Positions 49,865 through 60,835 of a DNA stretch of 64,000 nt are shown piece by piece; position 1 is the stretch's first letter; each line of letters begins with the position of its first letter. The position numbers were made by a program, and so were the translations under genes. Source of the stretch: a virus. The notes under the pieces were generated by a model. It did not search any database, was not told the DNA's origin, and worked only from the letters and a program-made list of their open reading frames with translations. The stretch covers positions 1-64,000 of IMG/VR virus record IMGVR_UViG_3300007609_000010, one strand, 5' to 3'.

Positions 49865-50772
49865 GTGATAAAAAATTTAGAGTTGTAGATTACGATATTA
49901 TCTATCTTAGCTACGACGAGCCTAACGCAGAAAAAAACTATGCAGATCTGTTAACAAAAGTTCCATGGGCTAAAAGAATTCACGGAGTGAAAGGAAGTGA
50001 CGCTGCACATAAAGCCTGTGCAGAAATATCAGAAACAGACAGGTTTATCACAGTAGATGGAGATAACATAGTACATGCTGATTTCTTAAATGTTGAACTA
50101 GATTTCAGCGAGAACGAATATCTTGAAAAAGCTGTGATTTCTTGGTGCGGCAAAAATATCATTAATGATCTAATGTACGGTAACGGTGGACTAAAATGCT
50201 GGCCTAGAGAATATGTACTCAGCATGCGTACACATGAAAATGCCGACCCTGATAACGCACACGCTCAAGTTGATTTCTGTTGGGATGTAGAGTACATTCA
50301 AATGAACGAATGTTTTTCTACAGTTTACAATAATGCTACGTCTCAGCAAGCATGGAGAGCAGGATTTCGTGAAGGTGTAAAAATGGCATTAAATCAGGGA
50401 GTAAAGCCCACAGTAGAGGAGTTTTACGAAAATCACTGGAGATGTTTACACTGGTTATATATTTGGATGATGGTAGGCTCGGACGTAGAGCACGGTGATT
50501 GGGCAAATCTTGGTGCACGAGCAGGACTTTACAAGACAATGTGCACTGATTGGAATTATGTTCAGGTTAGAGATTTTGACTATTTAAACAATCTATGGGA
50601 CGAAGAATTTGTAGATTTTGAAGGTCATGAAGTGTACGACGAGAGTTGTAATTATACAAAATTACTTTCTCAAAACCTAAATATTCCTGTAGCGGATCCT
50701 CTATCCGCAGGACAAAGTAAATTTTTCAAAAGTGTTTATAAAAGTCCGCCTAGAATAGATAAAGGATTATAA
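49861..50772 (+). CDS. Glycosyltransferase-like (GT-A) protein
   Basis: LSYDEPNAE, GVKG..AAH, TVDGDN (DxD), YGNGGLK and AWRAGFREGVK. Confidence 0.6.
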   Translation: MSDKKFRVVDYDIIYLSYDEPNAEKNYADLLTKVPWAKRIHGVKGSDAAHKACAEISETDRFITVDGDNIVHADFLNVELDFSENEYLEKAVISWCGKNIINDLMYGNGGLKCWPREYVLSMRTHENADPDNAHAQVDFCWDVEYIQMNECFSTVYNNATSQQAWRAGFREGVKMALNQGVKPTVEEFYENHWRCLHWLYIWMMVGSDVEHGDWANLGARAGLYKTMCTDWNYVQVRDFDYLNNLWDEEFVDFEGHEVYDESCNYTKLLSQNLNIPVADPLSAGQSKFFKSVYKSPPRIDKGL

Positions 50773-52193
50773 TGGACCTAGATAAAAAAGGTGACAAAGT
50801 TAAGCTTCTTAAAGGCAAGTTTCACTCTCAATATTTTGAAGATAGTAAAAATGTTCTGGATGAGCTCAACAAAATCAGTCCTAGCTTTTGTCTAGCAAAA
50901 TGGTATAATGTAAGCATACATATTCCTTCGGGGAAAACTCACAGTTGTTATCATCCCCCTAGTCATGCTATCCCTATTGAAGAGTTACAAAAAAACTCTT
51001 CTGCACTTCATAATACCAAATATAAAAAAGAACAACGACAAAAAATGCTTCAAGGGGAGCGTCCAGAAGAATGCAGTTTTTGTTGGGATATAGAAGATCA
51101 GGGTAATATAAGCGATAGAGCTTATAGGAGTCGAGATGTGTTTGACCCCGAGCTTATTCCTTTAGCACAAATAGAGGAAGATCCACAACCTCGTTATATG
51201 GAGGTAAACTTTAATCAAGCATGTAATCTTAAATGTGCATATTGCAGTCCTCATTTAAGCACAGAATGGTATAAAGAAGTTAAAAAGTTCGGCGGCTATG
51301 AACTTATAGGGCGCACACACAATGATCCTAGATGGGTAGACAGTTTAGGTATAGATAACTCGCCTGACAATCCCTATGTAAAAGCATTCTGGGATTGGTT
51401 TCCAGAAGTATATCCGACTCTAAAAACCTTCAGAATGACCGGCGGCGAACCATTAATGGATAAGAACACGTTTAAAGTCTTTGAATATGTTATACAAAAT
51501 CCTAATCCTAGTCTACACCTTAGCATAACAAGTAACTGTTGTCCTCCTAAAGGCCAATGGCAAACGTTTATGGAAAGACTAAAAGAGATTACTGACAAAA
51601 ATGCAATTGATCATTTCATGTTGTTTTGTAGTTTAGATTCCTGGGGGGAACAAGCCGAATATATTAGATCTGGGTTAGATTTTGAAGTGTTAAAACAAAA
51701 TATACAACAGTATCTGACAGAAAGTAGTAAACACAGCATCACATTTATTATTACAGCAAACATTCTAAGTTTGCCTAACTGGATGGAATATATACGCAAC
51801 ATACACAGCCTAAGGTGTAATTTAAACACAGACAGACAACTGGTCTGGTTTGATACACCAATGCTACATGATCCAAATTGGATGAGCATGAAACTTGCAA
51901 GTGATGACGAGTTAAAGCCATTACTTGCCAGTATAGAATTTATGAAAGCGAATATAGAAACTTCGCACTGTCGGTATAAAGGGTTTAAAGATTTTGAAAT
52001 AGACAAAGTCCAAAGACTTTATGACTGGGCAAAGACGCCTATGAATAAAGAGGAAAAAACAATAGCAATGAAAAATTTCGATATATACTTTAAAGAACAC
52101 GATCGTCGTAGAAATACTGATATTAGAAAAATGTTTCCTGAATTAAAAAATTTTATTATAGAGTGTGAGAATCTAAATGCAGAATGTAGATAA
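50772..52193 (+). CDS. Radical SAM protein with N-terminal twitch-like Fe-S domain
   Basis: CNLKCAYC and TGGEP; N-terminal FCLAKW...SCYH...CSFC. Confidence 0.88.
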   Translation: MDLDKKGDKVKLLKGKFHSQYFEDSKNVLDELNKISPSFCLAKWYNVSIHIPSGKTHSCYHPPSHAIPIEELQKNSSALHNTKYKKEQRQKMLQGERPEECSFCWDIEDQGNISDRAYRSRDVFDPELIPLAQIEEDPQPRYMEVNFNQACNLKCAYCSPHLSTEWYKEVKKFGGYELIGRTHNDPRWVDSLGIDNSPDNPYVKAFWDWFPEVYPTLKTFRMTGGEPLMDKNTFKVFEYVIQNPNPSLHLSITSNCCPPKGQWQTFMERLKEITDKNAIDHFMLFCSLDSWGEQAEYIRSGLDFEVLKQNIQQYLTESSKHSITFIITANILSLPNWMEYIRNIHSLRCNLNTDRQLVWFDTPMLHDPNWMSMKLASDDELKPLLASIEFMKANIETSHCRYKGFKDFEIDKVQRLYDWAKTPMNKEEKTIAMKNFDIYFKEHDRRRNTDIRKMFPELKNFIIECENLNAECR

Positions 52194-53556
52194 TATAAAA
52201 AAAACTAGAGATCGATTAAACGACATTGGCCCGGGTATGTGTGCTATGAAGTGGTTACACGAAACACTATATCTGCACACTGGTGACAATCACAGTTGCT
52301 ATCATCCTAGACCCCATCATATTCCTGTGCACGAAGTCAAGGCCAATCCAAGTGCCCTTCATAATACTGAATGGAAAAAACAACAAAGAAAAATAATGTT
52401 GGAAGGCGGCCGGCCAGACGAATGTTACTATTGCTGGAATATTGAAGATTTAGAAGGTGAACATATATCAGATAGAATGATTCATAGTTCGAGTAATTTT
52501 GCAGTTAATGAAATCGAAAAACTAGGCAAAATGTCTTGGGACAAGGATATAAATCCTAAATATTTAGAAATTAGTTTTGGAAACGGGTGTAATTATCGTT
52601 GCGGGTATTGTTGTCCCCAAGCTAGTACACTATGGATGGATGAAATTCAAAAGCATGGAAATTATGACTTGTCTTATAATCAATATGGCATTGAATTCTT
52701 AGAAAGCGGCACGTATTATGGGCCCAAAGATGATAATCCTTACATAGAAGCTTTCTGGAAGTGGTGGCCAGATTTGCGTAAAGATTTATGGACTTTACGA
52801 ATCACAGGGGGAGAGCCTTTAATGAATCCAGGAGCAATGCAGTTTTTTGATCTGTTAGAAGACGAGCCTGCCCCTCAGCTAGAAATAAGTATAAATTCAA
52901 ACCTTGGTGTAACTGAAAATAAAGTCAGTAAGATGTATGATAGAGTAGAAAGTTTATTAGATCAAAAAAAGATTAAAAGTTTCAGTATGTTTACCAGTAT
53001 CGAAGGGTGGGGCCCCCAGGCTGAGTATATGCGTACTGGATTACAATGTGACCACTGGGAAAAGAATTTTAAGCAAGCATTAGATAGAGGATTCAAGGTT
53101 GGTATAATGTGTACTTTTAATGTGCTATGCGTTGCTACATATACAAATTTTTTGAATAGAGTAATTCACTGGCGGAAAGAACTCCTAGAGCAAGGCAAGG
53201 AACGGCTTCTGCAAATTGATATACCGTATCTAAAAGAACCTCCTCATTGGATGTTAAATATTTTACCGCAAGATTTTTTAGAAGAACACATGGATAACAA
53301 TTTACAGTTCATAATCGATCACAAAGAATTTTTTGCCGATGTAGAATTAGAAAAAATGCGCAGAGTAAGGGATTACGCATTTCAAAATCCTATCTCCCAG
53401 GATAAGATATTGCAAGGAAGAAGAGATTTCTACAAATTCTTTTCAGAAAATGATCGCAGGTTAGATACAAACTTGTTAGAAACTTTTCCAGAATACACAG
53501 AATTTTATAACAGTTGCAAAGAATTAAATGAAAATGTTATAGCCCGAACAGTATGA
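52177..53556 (+). CDS. Radical SAM protein with N-terminal twitch-like Fe-S domain
   Basis: CNYRCGYC and TGGEP; N-terminal CAMKW...SCYH...CYYC; tandem paralogue of the previous gene. Confidence 0.88.
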   Translation: MQNVDNIKKTRDRLNDIGPGMCAMKWLHETLYLHTGDNHSCYHPRPHHIPVHEVKANPSALHNTEWKKQQRKIMLEGGRPDECYYCWNIEDLEGEHISDRMIHSSSNFAVNEIEKLGKMSWDKDINPKYLEISFGNGCNYRCGYCCPQASTLWMDEIQKHGNYDLSYNQYGIEFLESGTYYGPKDDNPYIEAFWKWWPDLRKDLWTLRITGGEPLMNPGAMQFFDLLEDEPAPQLEISINSNLGVTENKVSKMYDRVESLLDQKKIKSFSMFTSIEGWGPQAEYMRTGLQCDHWEKNFKQALDRGFKVGIMCTFNVLCVATYTNFLNRVIHWRKELLEQGKERLLQIDIPYLKEPPHWMLNILPQDFLEEHMDNNLQFIIDHKEFFADVELEKMRRVRDYAFQNPISQDKILQGRRDFYKFFSENDRRLDTNLLETFPEYTEFYNSCKELNENVIARTV

Positions 53557-54395
53557 AACAAATTAAAAAAATTATAGTAGGAGGTGATAGCTTTACAGCC
53601 GGCGACGAACTAGACGGAGATTTGCACATTCCGGGATATTCTGCAATAGTAAAAGATGGAGCAAACGAAAATGAAAGAAAAAATGCTTGGCAAAGATATA
53701 AGGAAAAGTTAAAAAAACTTTCTCGAGATGATAGTTTTAAGTATGATGATATTAGAAAAAACCGCGCTTGGCCAGCAATACTTTCCAAAAAAATAGGAAT
53801 TACTGTTGAGAATACAGCCTCTCCTGGAGCATCTAATCAGGATATTTGTCACAGAATTCTTATGACAGTTATAAGAGAGCTTAATAAAGGCACACCGTCA
53901 ACTGAGTTAGCTTGTTTAATTATGATTACTCATCCATTGAGGTTCGGAGCACCTATTTCTCAAGATGCTGATTGGTCAAATGAATATAATTACGAAACAA
54001 TTCATTTTAATGGGTTAGAAAAACAAAGGAAAGAAAAGGCACAATTTGGAAAATATGTGTTAACTCACTATGATTATTATGATCTATTCTGGCATAGCTA
54101 TTGCCACATACAAGGATTAAAAGGATTCTTAGATGCTCATAAAATTCCTGTGATGTTTTTTGACAGTAGTTTGTGGTCATGGGGAATTAAAGATCAAAGT
54201 ACATATCATACTAACGATGAGAGACACGGATTAACTCATCTATGTGGAAATATTATAAATCCTAAGTTTAGACTCTCTGATCACAATATCAAACATCATG
54301 GGTTACCTGGTGGGCACTTTGTAGAAAAAGTTCATGAGTACTTTGCTAATAGATTACACAAGGAGCTATTTAATGGTATACGAAACTCTTCCTAA
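53553..54395 (+). CDS. SGNH/GDSL hydrolase-like protein
   Basis: GGDSFTAG, GASN and C-terminal GGHF...H. Confidence 0.65.
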   Translation: MKQIKKIIVGGDSFTAGDELDGDLHIPGYSAIVKDGANENERKNAWQRYKEKLKKLSRDDSFKYDDIRKNRAWPAILSKKIGITVENTASPGASNQDICHRILMTVIRELNKGTPSTELACLIMITHPLRFGAPISQDADWSNEYNYETIHFNGLEKQRKEKAQFGKYVLTHYDYYDLFWHSYCHIQGLKGFLDAHKIPVMFFDSSLWSWGIKDQSTYHTNDERHGLTHLCGNIINPKFRLSDHNIKHHGLPGGHFVEKVHEYFANRLHKELFNGIRNSS

Positions 54396-55167
54396 AATAG
54401 AAACTCACAGCAATCTTTTTTTCACATACAAGCATTCAACTGAAAGTTTAGGTATAGCAGAATTTTCTAAGAATGATTTTAACTACAGATCTTTTGATTA
54501 TTTGCCTAAAACTGTTGAAAATTTCTTCACCACAGGTATGCATTTACCTAATTACTTAGATATTATGGATAACGACCCAACAAAGTGGAGAGCAAATATT
54601 GAAAATTATGTAAAATTGGTATGGCTTGCTCGTGAATATATACAGGCTGATTATATATTTAAAAATCCTATTGGTGCTATATATAATCCGCCTAAGCAGA
54701 TTTGGGAGATCCATCCCGGCGGATCTAGACAAATTGTTTATAAACTTTTTGGCCCTGATACTATCCTCGCTCTAGCCTTCAATACTAAAGGCAAATCTTG
54801 CCAATTTAAAAAAACATTTTCTAGCGAAGAGGAACTAAATGAATATTTTCCAAATACCGGCATATTTTTGGTAGTTTGTGCCGAGTGGGGAAGCTTAATA
54901 CCCCATGTACATTTTGACCAAGGAAGGCTTACCAACAGTGTAAGAAAAGAATCCAAGCGAATTATTGATTTTTGGCAAACTACTAATGTGCAAGGAAACG
55001 TACCCGATTGGGTTTTAAAAAATAATAACAAAAATAAATCCAAAACATTAAAATTAAATTTAAAAAACCCAGATGATTTTGAAAATATCCTAAAAGGGTT
55101 AGTTTTATTGCCGAATTATGATTACTATAACGACCATGGAGTAAAAATTACAAATGTCGGTGCCTAA
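54373..55167 (+). CDS. Hypothetical protein
   Basis: AGGAG at 54361 supports the ATG at 54373. WEIHPGGSR is weakly reminiscent of ParB/Srx-like motifs. Confidence 0.6.
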   Translation: MVYETLPKIETHSNLFFTYKHSTESLGIAEFSKNDFNYRSFDYLPKTVENFFTTGMHLPNYLDIMDNDPTKWRANIENYVKLVWLAREYIQADYIFKNPIGAIYNPPKQIWEIHPGGSRQIVYKLFGPDTILALAFNTKGKSCQFKKTFSSEEELNEYFPNTGIFLVVCAEWGSLIPHVHFDQGRLTNSVRKESKRIIDFWQTTNVQGNVPDWVLKNNNKNKSKTLKLNLKNPDDFENILKGLVLLPNYDYYNDHGVKITNVGA

Positions 55168-56128
55168 ACTGGAACGAGCAGTCATAGAAGTATTTGGCGG
55201 ATGCAACTATACATGCCAAATGTGTCCTCAAACTACAGGTCGTGGCAAAGAGTGGACACGTAAGATGCCTTTGGATATGTTTGTAAACATTCTTGATCAA
55301 CTACCAGGTAAGCCTGTAATTAATCTAGAAGGTTCGGGCGAACCCACAATGGCTAAAGACTTGCCTTTATACATTGCAGAGTGCACGAAGAGAGGACTTC
55401 CTAGTTTTATGTACACCAACGGCAGTTTCTTTAGTGGACACTTTATGCAAGATTGTGTTGACGCCGGCCTTACCTTTGCTCGGTTTAGTTGTATAGGTTA
55501 CGACAGAGAAAAGTATAAAGAATGGATGGATGTTGATAACTTTGATCTATTAAAAACAAATGTAACAAAGGCCAAAGAATATATCAAACAACAAGATGCA
55601 AAATGCACTTTATCAAGTTACCATTTGATATTAGATAACACACAAGTAGAATATGAAGTTGATCAGTATCGAAATAACTTTATAGGACCGACCGGAGTGC
55701 TCGGTTATATTTGGAAAATGCATAACTGGAGCGGCAACTACCAGCCGTTATACGTTAGAGATCCTAGTCAGCGAAGAACATGCGGTAGACCTTTTGCTCC
55801 GGAGATTACTATTAGAAGCGGTGGCAACGGAGGACTTAAAGGAGCAGTCACTCCTTGTTGCCAAACAATGGGTCCACCGAACGAAAGTCTAAGTGTGCTC
55901 GGACATGCGGAAACACAAACCATCGAAGAAATATGGAATGGAACAGAATACCGCCAGCTTCGTAAAGCCCATGCCGAGAAAAACTTTGACAGCATCGAAT
56001 ACTGCAAGAATTGTGATTTCTTATACGAAGATCCCGAAGTGCTTGTATGGAGTAATGACCCGGCTGCTAGTACAGACTATATGCTCGGTACACAGTTTAC
56101 TCTTAAAGATTATATGGAAGGACATTAA
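55154..56128 (+). CDS. Radical SAM protein with C-terminal SPASM/twitch domain
   Basis: CNYTCQMC and GSGEP; C-terminal C..PF...PCC...CKNC. Confidence 0.88.
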   Translation: MSVPKLERAVIEVFGGCNYTCQMCPQTTGRGKEWTRKMPLDMFVNILDQLPGKPVINLEGSGEPTMAKDLPLYIAECTKRGLPSFMYTNGSFFSGHFMQDCVDAGLTFARFSCIGYDREKYKEWMDVDNFDLLKTNVTKAKEYIKQQDAKCTLSSYHLILDNTQVEYEVDQYRNNFIGPTGVLGYIWKMHNWSGNYQPLYVRDPSQRRTCGRPFAPEITIRSGGNGGLKGAVTPCCQTMGPPNESLSVLGHAETQTIEEIWNGTEYRQLRKAHAEKNFDSIEYCKNCDFLYEDPEVLVWSNDPAASTDYMLGTQFTLKDYMEGH

Positions 56129-56132
56129 TTGT

Positions 56133-56804
56133 ATGTATGATATAGCTTTCATATCGTATAATGAACCTAATGCAGAAGAAAATTGGATTAATTTAAAGAG
56201 CAAATTCTCAAGAGCACAAAGAATTAACGGTGTTAAGGGAATACATCAAGCACATATCGCCGCCGCCAAAAAATGTTTTACTAAAATGTTTTGGGTTGTA
56301 GACGGCGATGCTGTTATACAAGACGATTTTAATTTTTCGCATATAGTTGATGACTTTGATATAGAAACAGTGCATGTTTGGCGGAGTATAAATCCAATAA
56401 ATGATTTAACATACGGTTATGGAGGCGTTAAATTACTTCCTAGAAAGTTAACGAAAAATATGAGAGTTGACAGTCCGGATATGACAACAAGCATTGGAAA
56501 GTATTTTAAACCAATGCAACAAATATCTAATATAACAGCTTTTAATACTGATCCCTTTAATACTTGGAAAAGTGCATTTAGAGAGTGTGCTAAACTTGCA
56601 TCAAGAGCCATCGACAGACAAAATGAGGAAGAAACAAATCAGAGACTTAAAATCTGGACAACCGTAGGACACAACAGACCGTTTGGTGAATATGCTATTT
56701 TAGGAGCAACAGCAGGAAAAGCATACGGTGAAAATAATAGATTAAATATCTCTCTTATAAATGACTTCGATTGGCTAAAAGAAAAATTCGATGCAACTTG
56801 TTAA
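56133..56804 (+). CDS. Glycosyltransferase-like (GT-A) protein, paralogue of 49861-50772
   Basis: MYDIAFISYNEPNAE, GVKG..AH, VVDGDA, YGYGGVK and WKSAFRECAK. Alignment to the paralogue places the start at 56133. Confidence 0.65.
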   Translation: MYDIAFISYNEPNAEENWINLKSKFSRAQRINGVKGIHQAHIAAAKKCFTKMFWVVDGDAVIQDDFNFSHIVDDFDIETVHVWRSINPINDLTYGYGGVKLLPRKLTKNMRVDSPDMTTSIGKYFKPMQQISNITAFNTDPFNTWKSAFRECAKLASRAIDRQNEEETNQRLKIWTTVGHNRPFGEYAILGATAGKAYGENNRLNISLINDFDWLKEKFDATC

Positions 56805-57840
56805 AAATATAAAAACAGTTCATATAGAACTAACTGATAAGTGTCAAGCACAATGTCCTATGTGTGCTAGAAATTATCATGGCGGCGCAACCAGACCGTT
56901 TATTAAAAATGGCGATATCGGCATTAACGATTTTAAATCTTGGTTTCCGCCTCAGTTCTTAGCTCAATTAGACAATTTCTATAGTTGTGGCAATTACGGT
57001 GACCCTGCATTTGCAAAAGACTGTTTGGAAATTTACTCTTATGTTAGATCCTGCAACCCAGGTGTAAGACTCGCTATACATACGAACGGCGGCATGCGAG
57101 ATACAAAATGGTGGAAAAAATTAGCTGAGCAAAACGTTCAGGTGGTGTTTGCTGTTGACGGCTTTAAAGGAAAACATGAAATTTATAGACGCAACACTAA
57201 TTTTGACAAAGTAATACAGAACTTAACAGCATTTATAGATGCAGGCGGAACGGCCCGTGTAGATAGTCTTGTGTTCGCACACAACGAACATGACACAGAA
57301 GAACTAGAAAAGTTCCTGTTAGATTTAGGAGTAGAGCAGGTTAATTTTGTAAGCACAACTCGTTTCTATGAAATGGAAAAATTTCCTGTACAAAATGAAA
57401 ACGGTATTCATTTATATGACTTAGAACCTGCACAGCGGCAGGAATACAAAAAGACTCCTAACAGCAGGCTAGACGTTTTAGTAGACAAAAAAGTACGGGA
57501 CACTGTGTTAGAAAATGCAGAAATAACGCCATTGTGCGAAACTGATCAAGGAATATATGTGGATCCTTATGGAAGTGTATTTCCTTGTTGCTGGATAGGT
57601 GGAGATTATTTAGAAACACCAGTTGAAGAACAACTTCCTATACATGTCCTTAGAAACCTCAGTGTACAAAATTCCAAAGACATAATGAATGCTGTAGGTA
57701 TACCAAAATGTCAAGACGGAGTTTTAAACATTCCTAATCTAATGTTGTTTGAAACATTAAATTCTTACTGGGAAGGACAAAACAAATGTATGACATGCGT
57801 AAAAGTGTGTTCTAAGGCGTTATACGATACAAGAAAATGA
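56791..57840 (+). CDS. Radical SAM protein with SPASM/twitch domain
   Basis: CQAQCPMC and GNYGDP; C-terminal C...FPCCW...C..C. Confidence 0.88.
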   Translation: MQLVKNIKTVHIELTDKCQAQCPMCARNYHGGATRPFIKNGDIGINDFKSWFPPQFLAQLDNFYSCGNYGDPAFAKDCLEIYSYVRSCNPGVRLAIHTNGGMRDTKWWKKLAEQNVQVVFAVDGFKGKHEIYRRNTNFDKVIQNLTAFIDAGGTARVDSLVFAHNEHDTEELEKFLLDLGVEQVNFVSTTRFYEMEKFPVQNENGIHLYDLEPAQRQEYKKTPNSRLDVLVDKKVRDTVLENAEITPLCETDQGIYVDPYGSVFPCCWIGGDYLETPVEEQLPIHVLRNLSVQNSKDIMNAVGIPKCQDGVLNIPNLMLFETLNSYWEGQNKCMTCVKVCSKALYDTRK

Positions 57841-58841
57841 CAGACTTTCAAAGCATTCCGTGGGACAATATAGTTCGATTTGGTCAGAAAACCCTTCTAG
57901 ATAATCGTCTTTTCACTGTCTCCTGGATAACCACAAGATATTGTAATTATAACTGCTCATACTGCTGGCCATACGCAAGATCTAGTGTCCCAGATAAGAA
58001 ACCGCTAGAATTATACTTAAACACCATTGATAGTATCAAGGCACAGGCAAGAGCTAATGACTTTACAGACTTCCATTTTAGCTTCAGTGGCGGTGAACCG
58101 ACGGCACTTAAAGGCTTTCTTGATGTTATCGAATATTATGCAAATGACACTGTCCCAGAATATCAAAGCATACATATGACATCAAATATTTCGCCGGGAC
58201 CTAAGTGGTGGGATAGATGGTTGACCACTACACAAAGTCTACAACGTAGAAGTATAACTGCCAGTTTCCATGCCGAATACGCAGATGAAACAGAGTTTGG
58301 TGATAAATGTCTTATGCTAGCAGATGCAGGAGTGTTTGTAACCGTAAACCAAGTTATGGTTCCTGGTATGTTTGACGAGTATTACAATAGATGCCATAGA
58401 CTTTCAGATAGAGGTATAAACGTCACGTTAAAGCCTCAAAGCGACCCTACAGCGAGTTTTATTGTGGACGGCTATACACAAGAACAGCGTGACCTTATGC
58501 AAACAGGATTCCCTCAAATAATCCCCGATGAGTATAAAAAACTCATTCCTTTATATCAGGTCGAACTGGAAGATGATAAACATAATAAGTATTATCTTGA
58601 TCAAGCAGAAAGGTTTAACGCATTTGATTTTAATAAGTTCGAAGGATGGACTTGTAACGCAGGATACCAAGGGATAGTAATAAGAGACACAGAAGTAAAG
58701 AGAAGTTACAGTTGCGATGACGAGACCATTGGAACACTTGAAGATGGATTTAAGATATTTGACAAGCCTCGTAAATGTATAACAAAGTCCTGTGTAAGCT
58801 CTGCCGATAGTAAATTGCCAAAGGTAAAATATGAAAGTTGA
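57837..58841 (+). CDS. Radical SAM protein
   Basis: CNYNCSYC and SGGEP; C-terminal GWTCNAG...C...CxxxxC. Confidence 0.88.
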   Translation: MTDFQSIPWDNIVRFGQKTLLDNRLFTVSWITTRYCNYNCSYCWPYARSSVPDKKPLELYLNTIDSIKAQARANDFTDFHFSFSGGEPTALKGFLDVIEYYANDTVPEYQSIHMTSNISPGPKWWDRWLTTTQSLQRRSITASFHAEYADETEFGDKCLMLADAGVFVTVNQVMVPGMFDEYYNRCHRLSDRGINVTLKPQSDPTASFIVDGYTQEQRDLMQTGFPQIIPDEYKKLIPLYQVELEDDKHNKYYLDQAERFNAFDFNKFEGWTCNAGYQGIVIRDTEVKRSYSCDDETIGTLEDGFKIFDKPRKCITKSCVSSADSKLPKVKYES

Positions 58842-59433
58842 TATACAAGATGTGTTGTTCTGGATGGATGCAATCCGCAACAGTGACGATCGGTACCGAA
58901 CACTGGAAAGTTTTTGGAAAGGGCAAGTTAATAGTAAGATTTGGTTGATTGAAAATCTACAGAAATTTCAAGACAAAAAATGGGAACACATCGTTATTCA
59001 CGGTGGCTGGAACGGTGTATTAGCCAGTCTTATCTTTAACAGCGATATACAAGTGGATAGAATAACCAGCGTGGACATAGATCCTGCTTGTGAAGAAACA
59101 GCATACACCGTCAATAAGAGGTACGAAATAGAGGGCAGATTTCGTGCAGTAACCGCAGACATGTGTAAACATGTAGAACAAGCAGATGTGATTATAAATA
59201 CAAGCTGTGAACATATTCCGCAACTGAATTACTATTATTGGCAGTATATTCAGCCTAACAGTTCTTTGTACGTTTTACAGAGCAACAATTATTTTGATTT
59301 AGATGAACACATAAATTGTGCAGACAGTTTAGAAAATTTCGAACAGAAGGCAAATTTAGATATTATATTCTCAGATAAATTAGAATTGCCCAAATACGAT
59401 CGTTATATGATTATAGGAAAACAGAATGTCTAA
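58831..59433 (+). CDS. Class I SAM-dependent methyltransferase
   Basis: VIHGGWNG (motif I), SVDIDP, ADM and VIINTSCEH. Confidence 0.75.
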   Translation: MKVDIQDVLFWMDAIRNSDDRYRTLESFWKGQVNSKIWLIENLQKFQDKKWEHIVIHGGWNGVLASLIFNSDIQVDRITSVDIDPACEETAYTVNKRYEIEGRFRAVTADMCKHVEQADVIINTSCEHIPQLNYYYWQYIQPNSSLYVLQSNNYFDLDEHINCADSLENFEQKANLDIIFSDKLELPKYDRYMIIGKQNV

Positions 59434-60835
59434 ATTTTGGTATAATGCAGAAAATTCTAAATTAGGAAAATATCAAAGAGATATAGAAAGTGTTGCAGGA
59501 ACTCCTACATTCTGTGTATTACCTTGGATACATTTCGCTACTCGTCCGAACGGGGATATGAGATTGTGTTGTAGCGCAAATGCTAGCGGTGCAGGAGAAG
59601 ATCACGAAGTAGGCCTTGTTAAAATGGAACATGGCCGCCCTGCAAACTTTGGCAGAGAAACTCCTATGGAGGCATGGAACAATGAATACATGAAAAGTGT
59701 TCGTACAACTATGTTAAAAGGAGAAATACCTAACAGTTGTCGTAAGTGCTTCGAAGAAGAAAAGGTAGGAGTAGTAAGCAAACGTGTTTGGGAAACAGGG
59801 ACATGGCACGAAGATGGAGTAGATATTCCTGAACTTATAAGACAGACCAAAGAAGATGGCACTGTGCCTGAAGAATTGGTGTATCTTGATCTAAGGCTAG
59901 GACATACCTGCAATATTAAGTGCGTAATGTGTTCGCCCCATGACAGTTCAAAATGGGTTAAAGATTGGAAGCAACTAATTCCTGTGCTTCAGATAGATGA
60001 AGTTAAGCAACAGATGCAATGGGATCAATCTGAGTTCAATAACAAGTGGCACGAGAAAGATACATTTTGGGAAGAAATGTATCGTCAAATACCAAATCTA
60101 AAACAAGTGTACTTTGCCGGCGGCGAACCTCTAATGATCAAAGAACACAAACAGTTTATAGAGGAAATAGTACGTCAAGGATATCAAGATAAGATTTTGT
60201 TAAGATATAACTCTAACGGACTATTAGTAGATGAAGATTTAATTGAATTGTGGAGCAAGTTTAAAAAGGTTAAGTTTGCAGTAAGCATGGATGCTGCATA
60301 CGAACGGGATGAATACATTCGCTTCCCTACAGATTGGGACACTGTGGATCGCACACTACATTTACTAGATAATACGCCTGATAATATACAGACAAGTCTT
60401 GCAACAGCAATTCAAATATTCAATGTAAAACACCTACCCGACTTCATGAAGTGGAAAGTAGAAAGCGGATTCAAAAAGTTAAACAGTGGCACAGTTCCGG
60501 GAGGTGTACAAATGGGTGGTGGACTGGTGAATATGCATCTGCTATACATACCTACATTTCTAAGTATACAAATACTTCCCAAAGAAGACAAACAAGAAGT
60601 TCGCGATTTATATATGAATTTCAAAGACTGGCTTTGGAAGAACTACAGACAGGACGACGACTTCTGGAAAATTAATCCTTACGGATGGCGTAGATGGGAA
60701 GCAGTTCTTGATCATATGGATGCACAAGACAACAGTCATCTGCTTCCGGGATTCAAAGAATATACTAATAAGTTAGACGATATTCGTGGATTAGATGCAA
60801 AGAAAATATTTCCAGAATTAGCACATTTATTATGA
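59426..60835 (+). CDS. Radical SAM protein with N-terminal twitch domain
   Basis: FCVLPW...RLCC...CRKC, followed by CNIKCVMC and AGGEP. Confidence 0.88.
   Translation: MSKFWYNAENSKLGKYQRDIESVAGTPTFCVLPWIHFATRPNGDMRLCCSANASGAGEDHEVGLVKMEHGRPANFGRETPMEAWNNEYMKSVRTTMLKGEIPNSCRKCFEEEKVGVVSKRVWETGTWHEDGVDIPELIRQTKEDGTVPEELVYLDLRLGHTCNIKCVMCSPHDSSKWVKDWKQLIPVLQIDEVKQQMQWDQSEFNNKWHEKDTFWEEMYRQIPNLKQVYFAGGEPLMIKEHKQFIEEIVRQGYQDKILLRYNSNGLLVDEDLIELWSKFKKVKFAVSMDAAYERDEYIRFPTDWDTVDRTLHLLDNTPDNIQTSLATAIQIFNVKHLPDFMKWKVESGFKKLNSGTVPGGVQMGGGLVNMHLLYIPTFLSIQILPKEDKQEVRDLYMNFKDWLWKNYRQDDDFWKINPYGWRRWEAVLDHMDAQDNSHLLPGFKEYTNKLDDIRGLDAKKIFPELAHLL

Noticed and set aside
55893-56132. 80-codon N-terminal extension of the second GT-like paralogue
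   Set aside because: It overlaps the upstream radical SAM gene, and the paralogue alignment begins at the ATG at 56133.
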